Shown: positions 8,974-17,677, numbered from the stretch's first letter. The stretch: 34,041 bases of DNA from Thermoproteus sp. (GCA_049976425.1 JBMFIG010000016.1:1-34041); one strand, 5' to 3'. Numbers and translations are program-made. Notes: generated from the sequence alone by a model not told the origin.

Positions 8974-9132
8974 ATGTACAAGTGCTATCTGTGCGGGAGG
9001 TCGGACACGGCATTGCTGGAGGGCTACGTCAAGGGCGTAGGCGCCGTTCTGCTGTGTCCAGACTGCTGGAGGAGGCTTGCCGAGGAGAACAAGCTCCTGG
9101 CCGGCGCCTCCGGCGGCTGCAACTGCGGCTAG
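8974..9132 (+). CDS. 52-aa Cys-rich zinc-finger-like microprotein
   Basis: MYKCYLCGRSDTALLEGYVKGVGAVLLCPDCWRRLAEENKLLAGASGGCNCG*; TTTATAAA at 8946-8953; below the ORF-track size cutoff. Confidence 0.8.
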   Translation: MYKCYLCGRSDTALLEGYVKGVGAVLLCPDCWRRLAEENKLLAGASGGCNCG

Positions 9133-9156
9133 GCCTTAAGCTGGCTTGAGCCGGCA

Positions 9157-10266
9157 CTACGGGTTGTACGGTATGGCGCCGAGGCCGGGCACCCCCGACA
9201 GGTAGATCCCCGCCGCTAGCAGGGCCAGCAACAGCGCTATGCCTATGTAGTCGGCTCTGCCCATCCTCATCTCCCGATAGTAGGTCCTCCTCCTGCTCGC
9301 CCTAAACCCCCTTATCTCGGCCGCTATGGCTATCTGCACGGCGTCCTTGAGCGTCAAGACCACGATGGTCACAAGAGCCAGCAATACGTACCTCACAGCG
9401 TTGCCTAGGGCCGACGCTACCGCAAACGGGTTTCTGCCTCTAGGCCTGAAGTCGACCCCCCTGGCCTTCAAGGCGTTGAGGGTGGTCATGGAGGCCTCCA
9501 ACACCTTGGGCACCGACGAGACGGCGAGGAGCAACGCGAAGCCGAGCTCGACCGGAAGCCCCGACTTCTCTAGCGAGGTCAAGATGTCGGAGGGCTGTGT
9601 GGTGAACACAAGCAGTAGGCCGGCCGCTATTGCGGCGACCGACCTAAAGGTTATCTGCAACCCGTATATGAAGCCTTCCCAGGTCAGTCCCACCGGGTTC
9701 TGGACGTAGCCCAGGTAGGGCACGTACGCGGTGCCGTTTGCTTGGGTTATGCCGAGGGCTGAGAAGGCTTGGGGGAAGGCGTAGATGAAGTGGACCTCGC
9801 CGAAGTCGTACAGGAGATAGCTGTACGGCGCTATCATGGATTGGACCCAGGCCGTGCCTATGAAGGAGGCCAGCACTAGGGGCGCCACTATCCTCATCTT
9901 CTCCTTCACGTTGGAGGTGAAGGCGTAGAGCGCCATGACGCCTATGAAGAGTATCGCCGATATCCACCAGACGGTCATAGCGGCGACCGTCGTCACAACT
10001 ATAGAGAGCAGTATCTTGACCCTAGGATCGAGCCTGTAGAGAAAGGACTTGCCCCCCGCGTATCTGAACAGAGACATGTACCCTCTGAAGCCTATCAGCT
10101 TGAATATTAGATATATAACAAGGGCAGGTCCCCAGATTAAATAAACCAGCGATATGGCCCAGTTGACGATAGGGTTGTAGAGGATGGAGCCTAGGTCCGA
10201 CGCGAGGGCGCCTCCCAAGGCTTGGGCCGGCTCCACGGCAGAATAGGCCCAGTTAATAAATAGCAT
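9157..10266 (-). CDS. ecfT: ECF transporter transmembrane T component
   Basis: SFLYRLDPRVKI, KARG and EIRGF motifs; start set at ATG 10266 from TATA position. Confidence 0.88.
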   Translation of the reverse strand: MLFINWAYSAVEPAQALGGALASDLGSILYNPIVNWAISLVYLIWGPALVIYLIFKLIGFRGYMSLFRYAGGKSFLYRLDPRVKILLSIVVTTVAAMTVWWISAILFIGVMALYAFTSNVKEKMRIVAPLVLASFIGTAWVQSMIAPYSYLLYDFGEVHFIYAFPQAFSALGITQANGTAYVPYLGYVQNPVGLTWEGFIYGLQITFRSVAAIAAGLLLVFTTQPSDILTSLEKSGLPVELGFALLLAVSSVPKVLEASMTTLNALKARGVDFRPRGRNPFAVASALGNAVRYVLLALVTIVVLTLKDAVQIAIAAEIRGFRASRRRTYYREMRMGRADYIGIALLLALLAAGIYLSGVPGLGAIPYNP

Positions 10267-10315
10267 GTGGCCGAGATAGCGCAGAAAGCTGATATATACA
10301 TAGAGATGTCTGGCC

Positions 10316-10891
10316 ATGAGGCTGTCGAAGGTCCTAATCGCCGTTCTGATCGCCGTTGTTGCGTCGGCTATCGTCGCGTTCTACTCCATGAGGCCTACCG
10401 CCGTCGAGAAAGCCGGCCCGGCCAGAGCCGTAGCCGCTATAGAGGTCTATTCCCCCGCGTTTAGCAACGGCTCGACGATCCCGACACAATATACCTGCGA
10501 CGGAGCCGATATATCCCCGCCGCTGGCCTGGCGCGGAGTTCCCGCGGGAGCTAGGTCCCTCCTTATCGCCATGGTGGACCTCGACGCGCCGGGCGGCGAG
10601 TTCGTGCACTGGGTCCTCTACAACGCAAGCCCCAACCTGACCGGCTTGCCGCAAGGCGTGCCGCCCAAAGGCACCACGCAGTACGGGCTACAAGCCGTCA
10701 ACGATTTCGGGAGGGTCGGGTACGGCGGGCCTTGTCCGCCTCCCGGCAAGCCCCACAGATACGTGATATACGTCTACGCGCTCAACTCTACGTTGGCTAT
10801 GCCGCCCGGGGCCCCCGCAAGACAAGTCCTACAAGCCGCGGGGCCCTACGTGATAGGTGTGGGATACACCGTGGGCCTATACGGAAGGTGA
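10316..10891 (+). CDS. YbhB/YbcL (PEBP / Raf kinase inhibitor-like) protein with N-terminal signal/anchor
   Basis: YTCDGADISPPLAW, DLDAPGGEFVHWVLYN and GYGGPCPPPGKPHRY motifs. Confidence 0.92.
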   Translation: MRLSKVLIAVLIAVVASAIVAFYSMRPTAVEKAGPARAVAAIEVYSPAFSNGSTIPTQYTCDGADISPPLAWRGVPAGARSLLIAMVDLDAPGGEFVHWVLYNASPNLTGLPQGVPPKGTTQYGLQAVNDFGRVGYGGPCPPPGKPHRYVIYVYALNSTLAMPPGAPARQVLQAAGPYVIGVGYTVGLYGR

Positions 10892-12535
10892 TACCCTCAA
10901 CCTCTTCGGGCTGGCGGCCAACACGCCGTAGTGCTTCGCCACGTGGTAGACCTGCGGCGGGTCGACGCCCCACTCCTTGTGCTTCTCGGCCTCGGCGAAG
11001 GCCTCCTCGGGGGAGCCCTTGAAGGCCACCTTGCCGTCGTACATGACGTAGACCAGCTGGCTGTAGTCGCCCACCTGCCTCATGTCGTGGCTCACGAGAA
11101 TTATGGTCATGTCGCGCTCCCGCTTGATGTCCATCAAGTACTTCATCATGGCCTCGGCGGTCTCCCTATCGAGGCCTCTGGTCGGCTCGTCGAGTATAAG
11201 CACCTTAGGCGAGGCGGCGAGGACGGCCGCGAGGCTGACCAGCCTCCTCTGGCCGACCGACAGCTTGTGCGGGCTTCTGTCGAGCAGTTTATCTATGCCG
11301 AGGTCCTTGGCTATCTGTTGAGCCAGCCTGCCGAGGACTCTGCCCCTCACGCCGGCCAGCCTCAGAGTCATCTCTATCTCGGCCCTGACGGTCGTGTTCA
11401 TGAGCATCTGGTCGGGGTCCTGGAAGGCGTAGCCGACGAGCCTCACGCGCTCTTGGCCGGAGAGATCGGCCGGCGGCTTCCCGTCTATCTCGACGACGCC
11501 CGACGTGGGCTTGTAGATGCCGGCTAGCAGATACATGAGGGTGCTCTTGCCCGAGCCGTTCGGCCCCACGACGCTGACGACGGCCCCCCGGGGCACCTCC
11601 ATGTCGACGCCCTTGAGCGTAGGCGCCTCGTTGCCCGGGTATCTGAACACGACGCCCCTCGCCGAGACTACGGCCTCCCCCGACGGCCTCTCCTCGCCCT
11701 CCACAGCCTCCAGCTTAAGGTCCCTATGCGCCGCGAGGAACTCCTCGACGGTTATGGGGAACGCGGCGCCCTCGGGGCTCGCCAGCCTGTGGAGGTACGC
11801 CACCTGTGGCTCCTCGACGCCGAATTTGTACAACCCCTTGGCCACCGCCCGATGGGGCTCCTCGTCGAGCACGATGGATCCGTTGTCGAGCGCCACCACC
11901 CTGTCGGCCATCGGGAGCACCTTCTCCACCTTGTGCTCGGCCACTATTATCGTGATGCCCTCCTCGTTCAGCTTGGCGAGGATGTCGAAGACCTCTTTGG
12001 TCCCCACGGCGTCGAGCATCGAGGTGGGCTCGTCTAGGATCAAGATCTTGGGCCTGAGCGCCAGTATGGCGGCTATGACGAGCCTCTGCTTCTCCCCGCC
12101 GCTCAGGAGGAAGGTCGGGTGGGTCCTCTTGCGCCAGAGCCCCACCAGCTCGAGGGCCTCTTTGATCCTCTCCTTCATCTCCTCCGGCGGCACTGCCCTG
12201 TTCTCTAGGCCGAAAGCCACGTCGTCCTCGACTATCAGCGCGAATATCTGGCTCTCCGGCACTTGGTAGACGGTGCCCACCTCCACAGCGGTCTTGTAGA
12301 CGGGGGCTGTCCTGGGATCCCTCCCCAGCACAGACACCTTCCCCCGGACCTCCGCTCTTATGATGTTGGGTATCACGCCGTTTATTGTATTTATGAGCGT
12401 CGACTTTCCCGACCCCGTCCTCCCGACCAGGAGGACGAACTCGCCCTCCTCTATCGAAAGAGTCGCCTCCCTCAACGCGAGCCTATACGGCTCTATGTAT
12501 CTAACAAAAACGTTGTTGAGTTCGATTACTCACAT
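10877..12535 (-). CDS. ecfA: ECF transporter fused double ATPase (start codon anomalous)
   Basis: Two Walker A motifs (GRTGSGKST, GPNGSGKST), LSGGEKQR / LSVGQRR, ILDEPT twice. Homology-like sequence extends to 12529, but ATG 12535 is followed by an in-frame TGA; next canonical start is TTG 12475. Confidence 0.85.
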
Positions 12536-12541
12536 TAAGCG

Positions 12542-13342
12542 CTAGGTAGCGACCTGCTTAATATAGTAAACCAGCGGGGCGAGGACGGCGCCCATCACTA
12601 TGCCGGCGCCCAGCGCGGCGGCGCTGGTGACCGCCCAGAACTGCACGGTGGTTACGTAGCCGGTGACGAAGGTGCCCCAGAATCCCCTCCACCAGAACGG
12701 GTAGGCCAGGCTGGCCCAAGCCCCGCTTATTATGCCGTCGACGAATATCATCCAACTGTGCCTAGGCGGGGCCGCCTCCTCGCCGCCGGAGGCCTCGCCG
12801 CCGTCCGTGGCGACTATCTTGGGCGGCTTGAGGTAGGGCGTGAATATCGCCTCGCCTCTGTATATGAGCCAGAGATCGGTGAGGGCGGCGTACGCCGTCA
12901 TCTCGTAGATGAACCAGAAAGGCTCTCCGCCGAACCCGTAGTGGACTATGTCGGAGAGGAGCGTGTATATGAACATGGTGAGCCCGACGACGCCGGGCCT
13001 GCCCGAGAGGGCGGCCACCAGCTGTATTAGGAATATCTCGCCTATTAGGGGATAGTAGAAGTACGTCGTGATCGACCCGATTTTAGGTATCAAGGGGCTT
13101 ATGAAGAAGTTGTAGACTATTAAAAGCGCCGCGATGAGGGCCACGTAGACGAAGTCCACGGTCCTGAACTTGCCGAACGCCCTGCCCTCTCTGGGCCTCC
13201 AGGCCCAGGCCAGCAGACCGAAGTAGAGCAGTGTGAATATCAACACTATGGGCCACGGGATTATCGTGTTGGTGTTGAAATAGACGCCGTTCCAGACCGG
13301 CTGCGGCTTCGTCGTTGTCGTGGCGAACATTATCGCGTCCAT
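12542..13342 (-). CDS. Membrane protein, probable ECF substrate-binding (S) component
   Basis: 6-7 TM helices, F.TVD.VY.ALIAAL and RPG motifs, directly upstream of the ECF ATPase. Confidence 0.65.
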   Translation of the reverse strand: MDAIMFATTTTKPQPVWNGVYFNTNTIIPWPIVLIFTLLYFGLLAWAWRPREGRAFGKFRTVDFVYVALIAALLIVYNFFISPLIPKIGSITTYFYYPLIGEIFLIQLVAALSGRPGVVGLTMFIYTLLSDIVHYGFGGEPFWFIYEMTAYAALTDLWLIYRGEAIFTPYLKPPKIVATDGGEASGGEEAAPPRHSWMIFVDGIISGAWASLAYPFWWRGFWGTFVTGYVTTVQFWAVTSAAALGAGIVMGAVLAPLVYYIKQVAT

Positions 13343-13419
13343 GGACAACAACTAATCCGACTATTAAAGAATTAAACATAAGAGGAATTAAGGTAATACT
13401 ATATATAGCATAACGTGAT

Positions 13420-14532
13420 CTATATATTGCCGCGGCCTTTAGGCGTGTAGACGCAAGCCGGGTCCTCCGCCAGCGGGTCCTTGAACGCGGCGAAGGCCCG
13501 GGCCCGCGAGCCGCCGCAGACGTCCTTGTACTCGCAGATGCCGCACCTCCCGCCGAATTCCCCCCGCCGCATTTTGACCAGAAGCGGGTGTTCGCGGTAG
13601 ATCCTCACTATGGACTCCTTGCGGATGTTCCCGAGGGGGTAGGGGAGGAAGCCGCTGGGGTAGACAGTCCCGTCGTACGCGACGAAGATTATGCCGTGTC
13701 CGTCCCTCGTCGGCACGACGGTCGGGTCGAGCGGCTTCTTGGGCTCGCCCATGAGCTCCCGCAACCTCGCCACCAGCTTTTCGTAGGCAGGTGAGGCGTA
13801 GGAGAGGCCGGAGGCTCTCTGGATCTTGGCGCGGCGGTAGAAGGGAGCCTCCACGGTCCTTATCTGGACGCCGTAGCGCGACGCGTCTACGAGGAACTGT
13901 ACGGCGTCCTCGTACTCCTGCGGCGATATGTCTAGGGCCCTCACGGCGCGCCCCGTCTCTATGAGGAAGAAGACCTCCCAGACCCTCACCCCCAGGTCGT
14001 AGATCAGCTTAAACACGTCGGGCAGTTGCGGGAAGGACTTCCTCCAGACCACGGTGTTTACCTGCACCTTTATCCCGGCGCCCATGAGGGCCTTGATGGC
14101 CTCTATGGTCGAGTCGAACACGCCCGGCACCCCCCTCAGCTCCTCGTGCACCTCCTTCAGTCCGTCGAGGCTGACCGAGGCGCTCTTTATCCTCCCCCTC
14201 AGCTCCGGCAGAGCCTCGAAGAGGTTTTTAGAGACGGCGGGCGCGAGCGACGTCGGTATGCCCAGCTCCTTTGCGTAGTCCAGGATCTCCATGAGGTCGA
14301 GCCTCATGAGGGGGTCGCCGCCGGTTACTATGAGCTCGGGCGGAGGCCTGCCGAAGTCGACAAGTTGCTCGAGGAAGGCCTTGGCCTCCCAAGTGGAGAG
14401 CTCCCCCGGGAGGGGCTTAAGAATGGCGTCCGCCCTGCAGTGTTTGCAGGCGAGGGGACAGGCCCTCGTCACCTCCCAGAACACTAGGAGAGGCCTCTTG
14501 TCGAACTCGGCCGCCATCCTCCTGGGATCCAT
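13420..14532 (-). CDS. Radical SAM/SPASM protein, NirJ/AhbC/AhbD-like (TIGR04053-type)
   Basis: PLLVFWEVTRACPLACKHCRA, TGGDPL and C-terminal CGICEYKDVCGGSRARA...EDPAC. Confidence 0.9.
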   Translation of the reverse strand: MDPRRMAAEFDKRPLLVFWEVTRACPLACKHCRADAILKPLPGELSTWEAKAFLEQLVDFGRPPPELIVTGGDPLMRLDLMEILDYAKELGIPTSLAPAVSKNLFEALPELRGRIKSASVSLDGLKEVHEELRGVPGVFDSTIEAIKALMGAGIKVQVNTVVWRKSFPQLPDVFKLIYDLGVRVWEVFFLIETGRAVRALDISPQEYEDAVQFLVDASRYGVQIRTVEAPFYRRAKIQRASGLSYASPAYEKLVARLRELMGEPKKPLDPTVVPTRDGHGIIFVAYDGTVYPSGFLPYPLGNIRKESIVRIYREHPLLVKMRRGEFGGRCGICEYKDVCGGSRARAFAAFKDPLAEDPACVYTPKGRGNI

Positions 14533-14684
14533 AGAGCTACCGAATGGCTATTATAAATAGAGGCGGCTTATCGCGGCCGAGCGGACGCGCGCACCTCGCG
14601 CCCTATAGAGAGTCGGCGACAGCCGCCAGTAGGCGGATCTGCATGCCCGACTAACCTTATATAGTTTAGCTGTGGGACGTTTTC

Positions 14685-15119
14685 GTGAGGCGCGAGGCGG
14701 TTTACTGGATACGCGAGGCGTGGGCGGATCTATGCACCGCCTCCATACTCCTATCTGCGCGTAGGTGGAACGCCGCGGCGTTCTACAGCCACCAGGCGGC
14801 CGAGAAGGCACTCAAGAGCCTCTACCTCGCCGTTCTGCGCGTCGAGCCGCCTAAGTCGCACGTCCTTACGGAGCTGTATAGAGGTTTGAGGGGGGCCGGG
14901 CTCGGCCCGGATCTGGAGGAGCGCGTGGCCGAGCTCAACAAGTTCTATACGGTGTCGCGCTACCCCGACGCAGCCGCCGGGCAACCCTACGAGTCGGTCA
15001 CCAGAGGAGACGCCGAGAGGTCGTTCGAGACGGCCAGGGAGGTGGTGGAGCTGGCGGAGGGGCTCCTCAAGTCGGCAGGCTATGAGGGTACCCCAGAAGA
15101 TATTAGAAATTGCAGATAG
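14685..15119 (+). CDS. HEPN-domain protein
   Basis: AAAFYSHQAAEKALK, PPKSHVL and YTVSRYPD. Confidence 0.92.
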   Translation: MRREAVYWIREAWADLCTASILLSARRWNAAAFYSHQAAEKALKSLYLAVLRVEPPKSHVLTELYRGLRGAGLGPDLEERVAELNKFYTVSRYPDAAAGQPYESVTRGDAERSFETAREVVELAEGLLKSAGYEGTPEDIRNCR

Positions 15120-15414
15120 GTTCATTACGGGCCTCGAGGAGGCCGGCTACAGGGTTGTAGAGGCCTACCTCTTCGGCTCGTACGCGAGGGGCGACTGGCT
15201 GGCCGACAGCGACGTGGACCTAATAATCGTATCCCCCGATTTTAGACCCATGCGGTGGCTGGACAGGCTAGACCTCGCCGCGAAGCTCTGGCTCAGACTC
15301 GGCCTCGAGAAGTGGGTCGAGGTGTTGCCCTACACGCCCGAGGAGTTCGAGGAGACGAGGCGGCGGAGCGTGGCGGTCAGAGACGCCGAAAGGTACTGGG
15401 TGAAGCTCAGGTAG
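15082..15414 (+). CDS. Minimal nucleotidyltransferase (MNT)
   Basis: LFGSYARGDWLADSDVDLIIVS and YTPEEFE. Confidence 0.92.
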   Translation: MRVPQKILEIADRFITGLEEAGYRVVEAYLFGSYARGDWLADSDVDLIIVSPDFRPMRWLDRLDLAAKLWLRLGLEKWVEVLPYTPEEFEETRRRSVAVRDAERYWVKLR

Positions 15415-15472
15415 GCCCCTCGGCCCGAGCGACCCGCCGGCCGTCGGCTGTGAGAAAGATAATAAGTGGTAG

Positions 15473-16375
15473 GTGGGGGCGGCAGTGAGGCCCTCTGTGA
15501 GGCTGTGGCTCGCGTCGCTGTATCTCTTCATAATCGGGACCGCCACGCTGGCCTACACCTTGGTGGAGCTACTTCTAGGGCTGGCCTACGGGAGCCTTTT
15601 AGTGACCAGCGACGCCTTGCATGGCTTCATGGACGCGGCGATATCCTACATATCCGGCTTCGGCCTCTACTACGCGTCTAGGAGAGGCCGCTCCTTCCCT
15701 TGGGACATCTACAGGCTGGAGAGCCTCATGACGCTCCTCTCGACTATCTGGGTCCTGGGCTTCTACACCTACCTCCTCGCCACCTCAATCAAGCCCGGCG
15801 GGAGGCCGACCCCCCTATGGATGACGTTGCTGTTGTTGGCCGGAGGCGCCATGACCTACGCCATGTACCTATGGGAGAGCCGGAACTACAGATCGCTGAG
15901 GATCGACATACTGAAAGCCGACGCGGCCCACGCCAAGGCCGATACGGCCCTCTCCGCCGCCGCTGCGGCCGCCGTGGTCATCAGCAACGCCACGGGCCTG
16001 GCGGCCGCCGAGACCGCCGCCGTCTTCGCTATATACGGATACGTCCTCTACGAGTTCATCAAGCTCTCGAGAGACGCGGCCTACGGCATATTGGGGGCCC
16101 TCTACAAGGACCCGCGCCTCGAGGAGGCGATAAGGTCCGTACTGTCGGAGTTAGGGAAGCCTCTGGATGTCAAGGTGAGGAGGGCCGGTAGCTTCCTCGT
16201 GGTCTACACCTTAGTTGCCGTCAGCCCAGACATGACGGTCGGGAAGCTACACACCTCAAGGACGAGGGCCATAAAGGCCATATCGAGGTTGCACCCCCTC
16301 ATAGTCCACGTAGACGTGAAGGTGGTACCCCACAGGAAGGAGCTGAGGCGTTGGCTGAGGGCAAGGCGGCAGTAG
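15473..16375 (+). CDS. Cation diffusion facilitator (CDF/FieF-like) transporter
   Basis: SDALHGFMD and ADAAHAKAD metal-site motifs, RLE motif, C-terminal dimerisation domain ending VHVDVKVVP. Confidence 0.88.
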   Translation: MGAAVRPSVRLWLASLYLFIIGTATLAYTLVELLLGLAYGSLLVTSDALHGFMDAAISYISGFGLYYASRRGRSFPWDIYRLESLMTLLSTIWVLGFYTYLLATSIKPGGRPTPLWMTLLLLAGGAMTYAMYLWESRNYRSLRIDILKADAAHAKADTALSAAAAAAVVISNATGLAAAETAAVFAIYGYVLYEFIKLSRDAAYGILGALYKDPRLEEAIRSVLSELGKPLDVKVRRAGSFLVVYTLVAVSPDMTVGKLHTSRTRAIKAISRLHPLIVHVDVKVVPHRKELRRWLRARRQ

Positions 16376-16490
16376 GGGCCCCGCGTGGGGGCCGGGCATT
16401 CCGGGCGGGCACTCAAATAACTCGACACGACTATTGTTACCAGCCAGCCGCCCTTAATATAGGCGAGGCCTAGGAGGCTTGAATGGGCTG

Positions 16491-16581
16491 AGGCGGTGCT
16501 TGTGCCCCTCTCGGGGCCGCATCCCCGCCCGCATAGCGTTCAGGCGGTGCTTGTGCCCCTCTCGGGGCCGCATCCCCGCCC
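16491..16581. repeat. Two identical 40-nt structured direct repeats separated by an 11-nt spacer; candidate ncRNA
   Basis: AGGCGGTGCTTGTGCCCCTCTCGGGGCCGCATCCCCGCCC at 16491-16530 and 16542-16581; spacer GCATAGCGTTC. Confidence 0.95.
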
Positions 16582-16603
16582 ACACCTATCAAGGACGGCC
16601 CAG

Positions 16604-16613
16604 TTATTTATAA
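16604..16613. promoter_or_regulatory. TATA-like element between the repeats and the DUF3800 gene (possibly bidirectional)
   Basis: TTATTTATAA on plus, TTATAAATAA on minus; a second plus-strand TTAATATA lies at 16454-16461. Confidence 0.55.
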
Positions 16614-16627
16614 GCTTGTTGACCTAA

Positions 16628-17101
16628 GTGAAGCGGGTCGCGTTCGTCGATGAGTCCGGGACCAAGTCGTTCTGCAACTGCGTCGTGGTGGCGGGGCTAG
16701 TCGTCGAGGCGGCTGGTAGCTACGTGTACTGGGGCGTAGGTCTCGTGGACGAGATAAGGCGGAGTCTGGGGATTGTCGGCGAGCTGAAGTGGAGGCGCGT
16801 CAAGAGGAGAGGGGGCAGAGAGCTCGTCGAGGCGCTGTTGAGGAGGTTCGAGGTCAGACACTTCGCGGTCCACTACACCTCGCAGAGGGACTTCGAGACG
16901 CACCTCTGGAGGTTCCTGACGGACATAGACGCCGACATCTTCGTGCTGGATACGGGCCTCGCCGACGCCTCTAAGTTCCCGCGCGCCGTCAGCAAGCCGT
17001 CGCATAAGGTCCCCGGGCTCCAACTAGCGGATTTAGTGGCTGGACTAATATCGGAAAGGTATCGGGGAGGCGGTTGTCGGGGACGATCTACGCTACCTTG
17101 A
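16628..17101 (+). CDS. DUF3800-family RNase H-like fold protein (predicted nuclease)
   Basis: N-terminal AFVDESG, ELKW, central FVLD and C-terminal SH..PGLQLADLVAG are characteristic DUF3800 motifs. Confidence 0.85.
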   Translation: MKRVAFVDESGTKSFCNCVVVAGLVVEAAGSYVYWGVGLVDEIRRSLGIVGELKWRRVKRRGGRELVEALLRRFEVRHFAVHYTSQRDFETHLWRFLTDIDADIFVLDTGLADASKFPRAVSKPSHKVPGLQLADLVAGLISERYRGGGCRGRSTLP

Positions 17102-17149
17102 AAAAACCGAGACGATACGGCGAGTGGACTGGCGGATACTACAAGGCCG

Positions 17150-17677
17150 GTTATAACCGGCGCCATTTTGTTGTTCCCAGATCTGATGAGCCGGCTCAGC
17201 TACGCGGTGGGGGCGCCCCTCGCGGCCTCCCTGGGCAACCCGTATCCGGTGTCAGTCGGCGAGGAACTGGCGCGCACCTCGCACAGGTTCCTCGCCGATC
17301 TGTAGGGCGTGTTCCTCATAGTCTACGCAATATACCTGTTAGCGTTCGGAGAATCCGCGTGTTCGACGCCCTCAAGAAACCTATCGGGCAACAGATAGGA
17401 GGCCAGAGCGCTGGCGGGCCACTACGTCTTCGGGAGGCCTCTGCCTGACGACGTGGCGAGGGAGCTGGAGAGACACAGCGTCTTGGTGGCCTACATGGCG
17501 GTCTTGCCCGTTTTGGGCATATTGCCCCCATCGGCCAGCGGCGTCCTTATGGTGTACTCCAGCGCGTTGGGGCTGTCGGAGGACGTCTACAGGCTCTTGT
17601 TGCTCCTCCACGACTTGGGGTTCTACCTCACGCTCCTCTTCATCTTCGCCCACCTATTCGCCGGGTCGTCAGCATAA
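17150..17677 (+). pseudogene. Di-heme cytochrome b (FdnI/PhsC-like) pseudogene
   Basis: VITGAILLFPDLM...ARTSHRFLADL*GVFLIVYAIYLLAF, then frameshifts (RVFDALKKPIGQQI / EARALAGHYVFG), then LLLHDLGFYLTLLFIFAHLF with H-x13-H. In-frame TAG at 17303-17305; N-terminus missing. Confidence 0.75.

Noticed and set aside
12530-12532. Selenocysteine recoding of the TGA in ecfA
   Set aside because: The position is non-catalytic, no SECIS was recognised, and Sec machinery is not known in this lineage.
16491-16581. CRISPR array interpretation of the 40-nt repeats
   Set aside because: Only two repeats, the 11-nt spacer is far too short, the repeat is GC-rich without a CRISPR-like terminal motif, and there are no cas genes.
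16479-16613. Peptide encoded through the repeats (51-nt period is a multiple of 3)
   Set aside because: The only ATG gives ATG-GGC-TGA, other frames give implausible peptides, and strong nested base-pairing explains the sequence better. Not formally excluded.
17183-17200. CTGATGAG as hammerhead core or C/D box
   Set aside because: No GAAA after the following stem and no suitably spaced D box; it lies in the cytochrome b pseudogene frame (..DLMS..).
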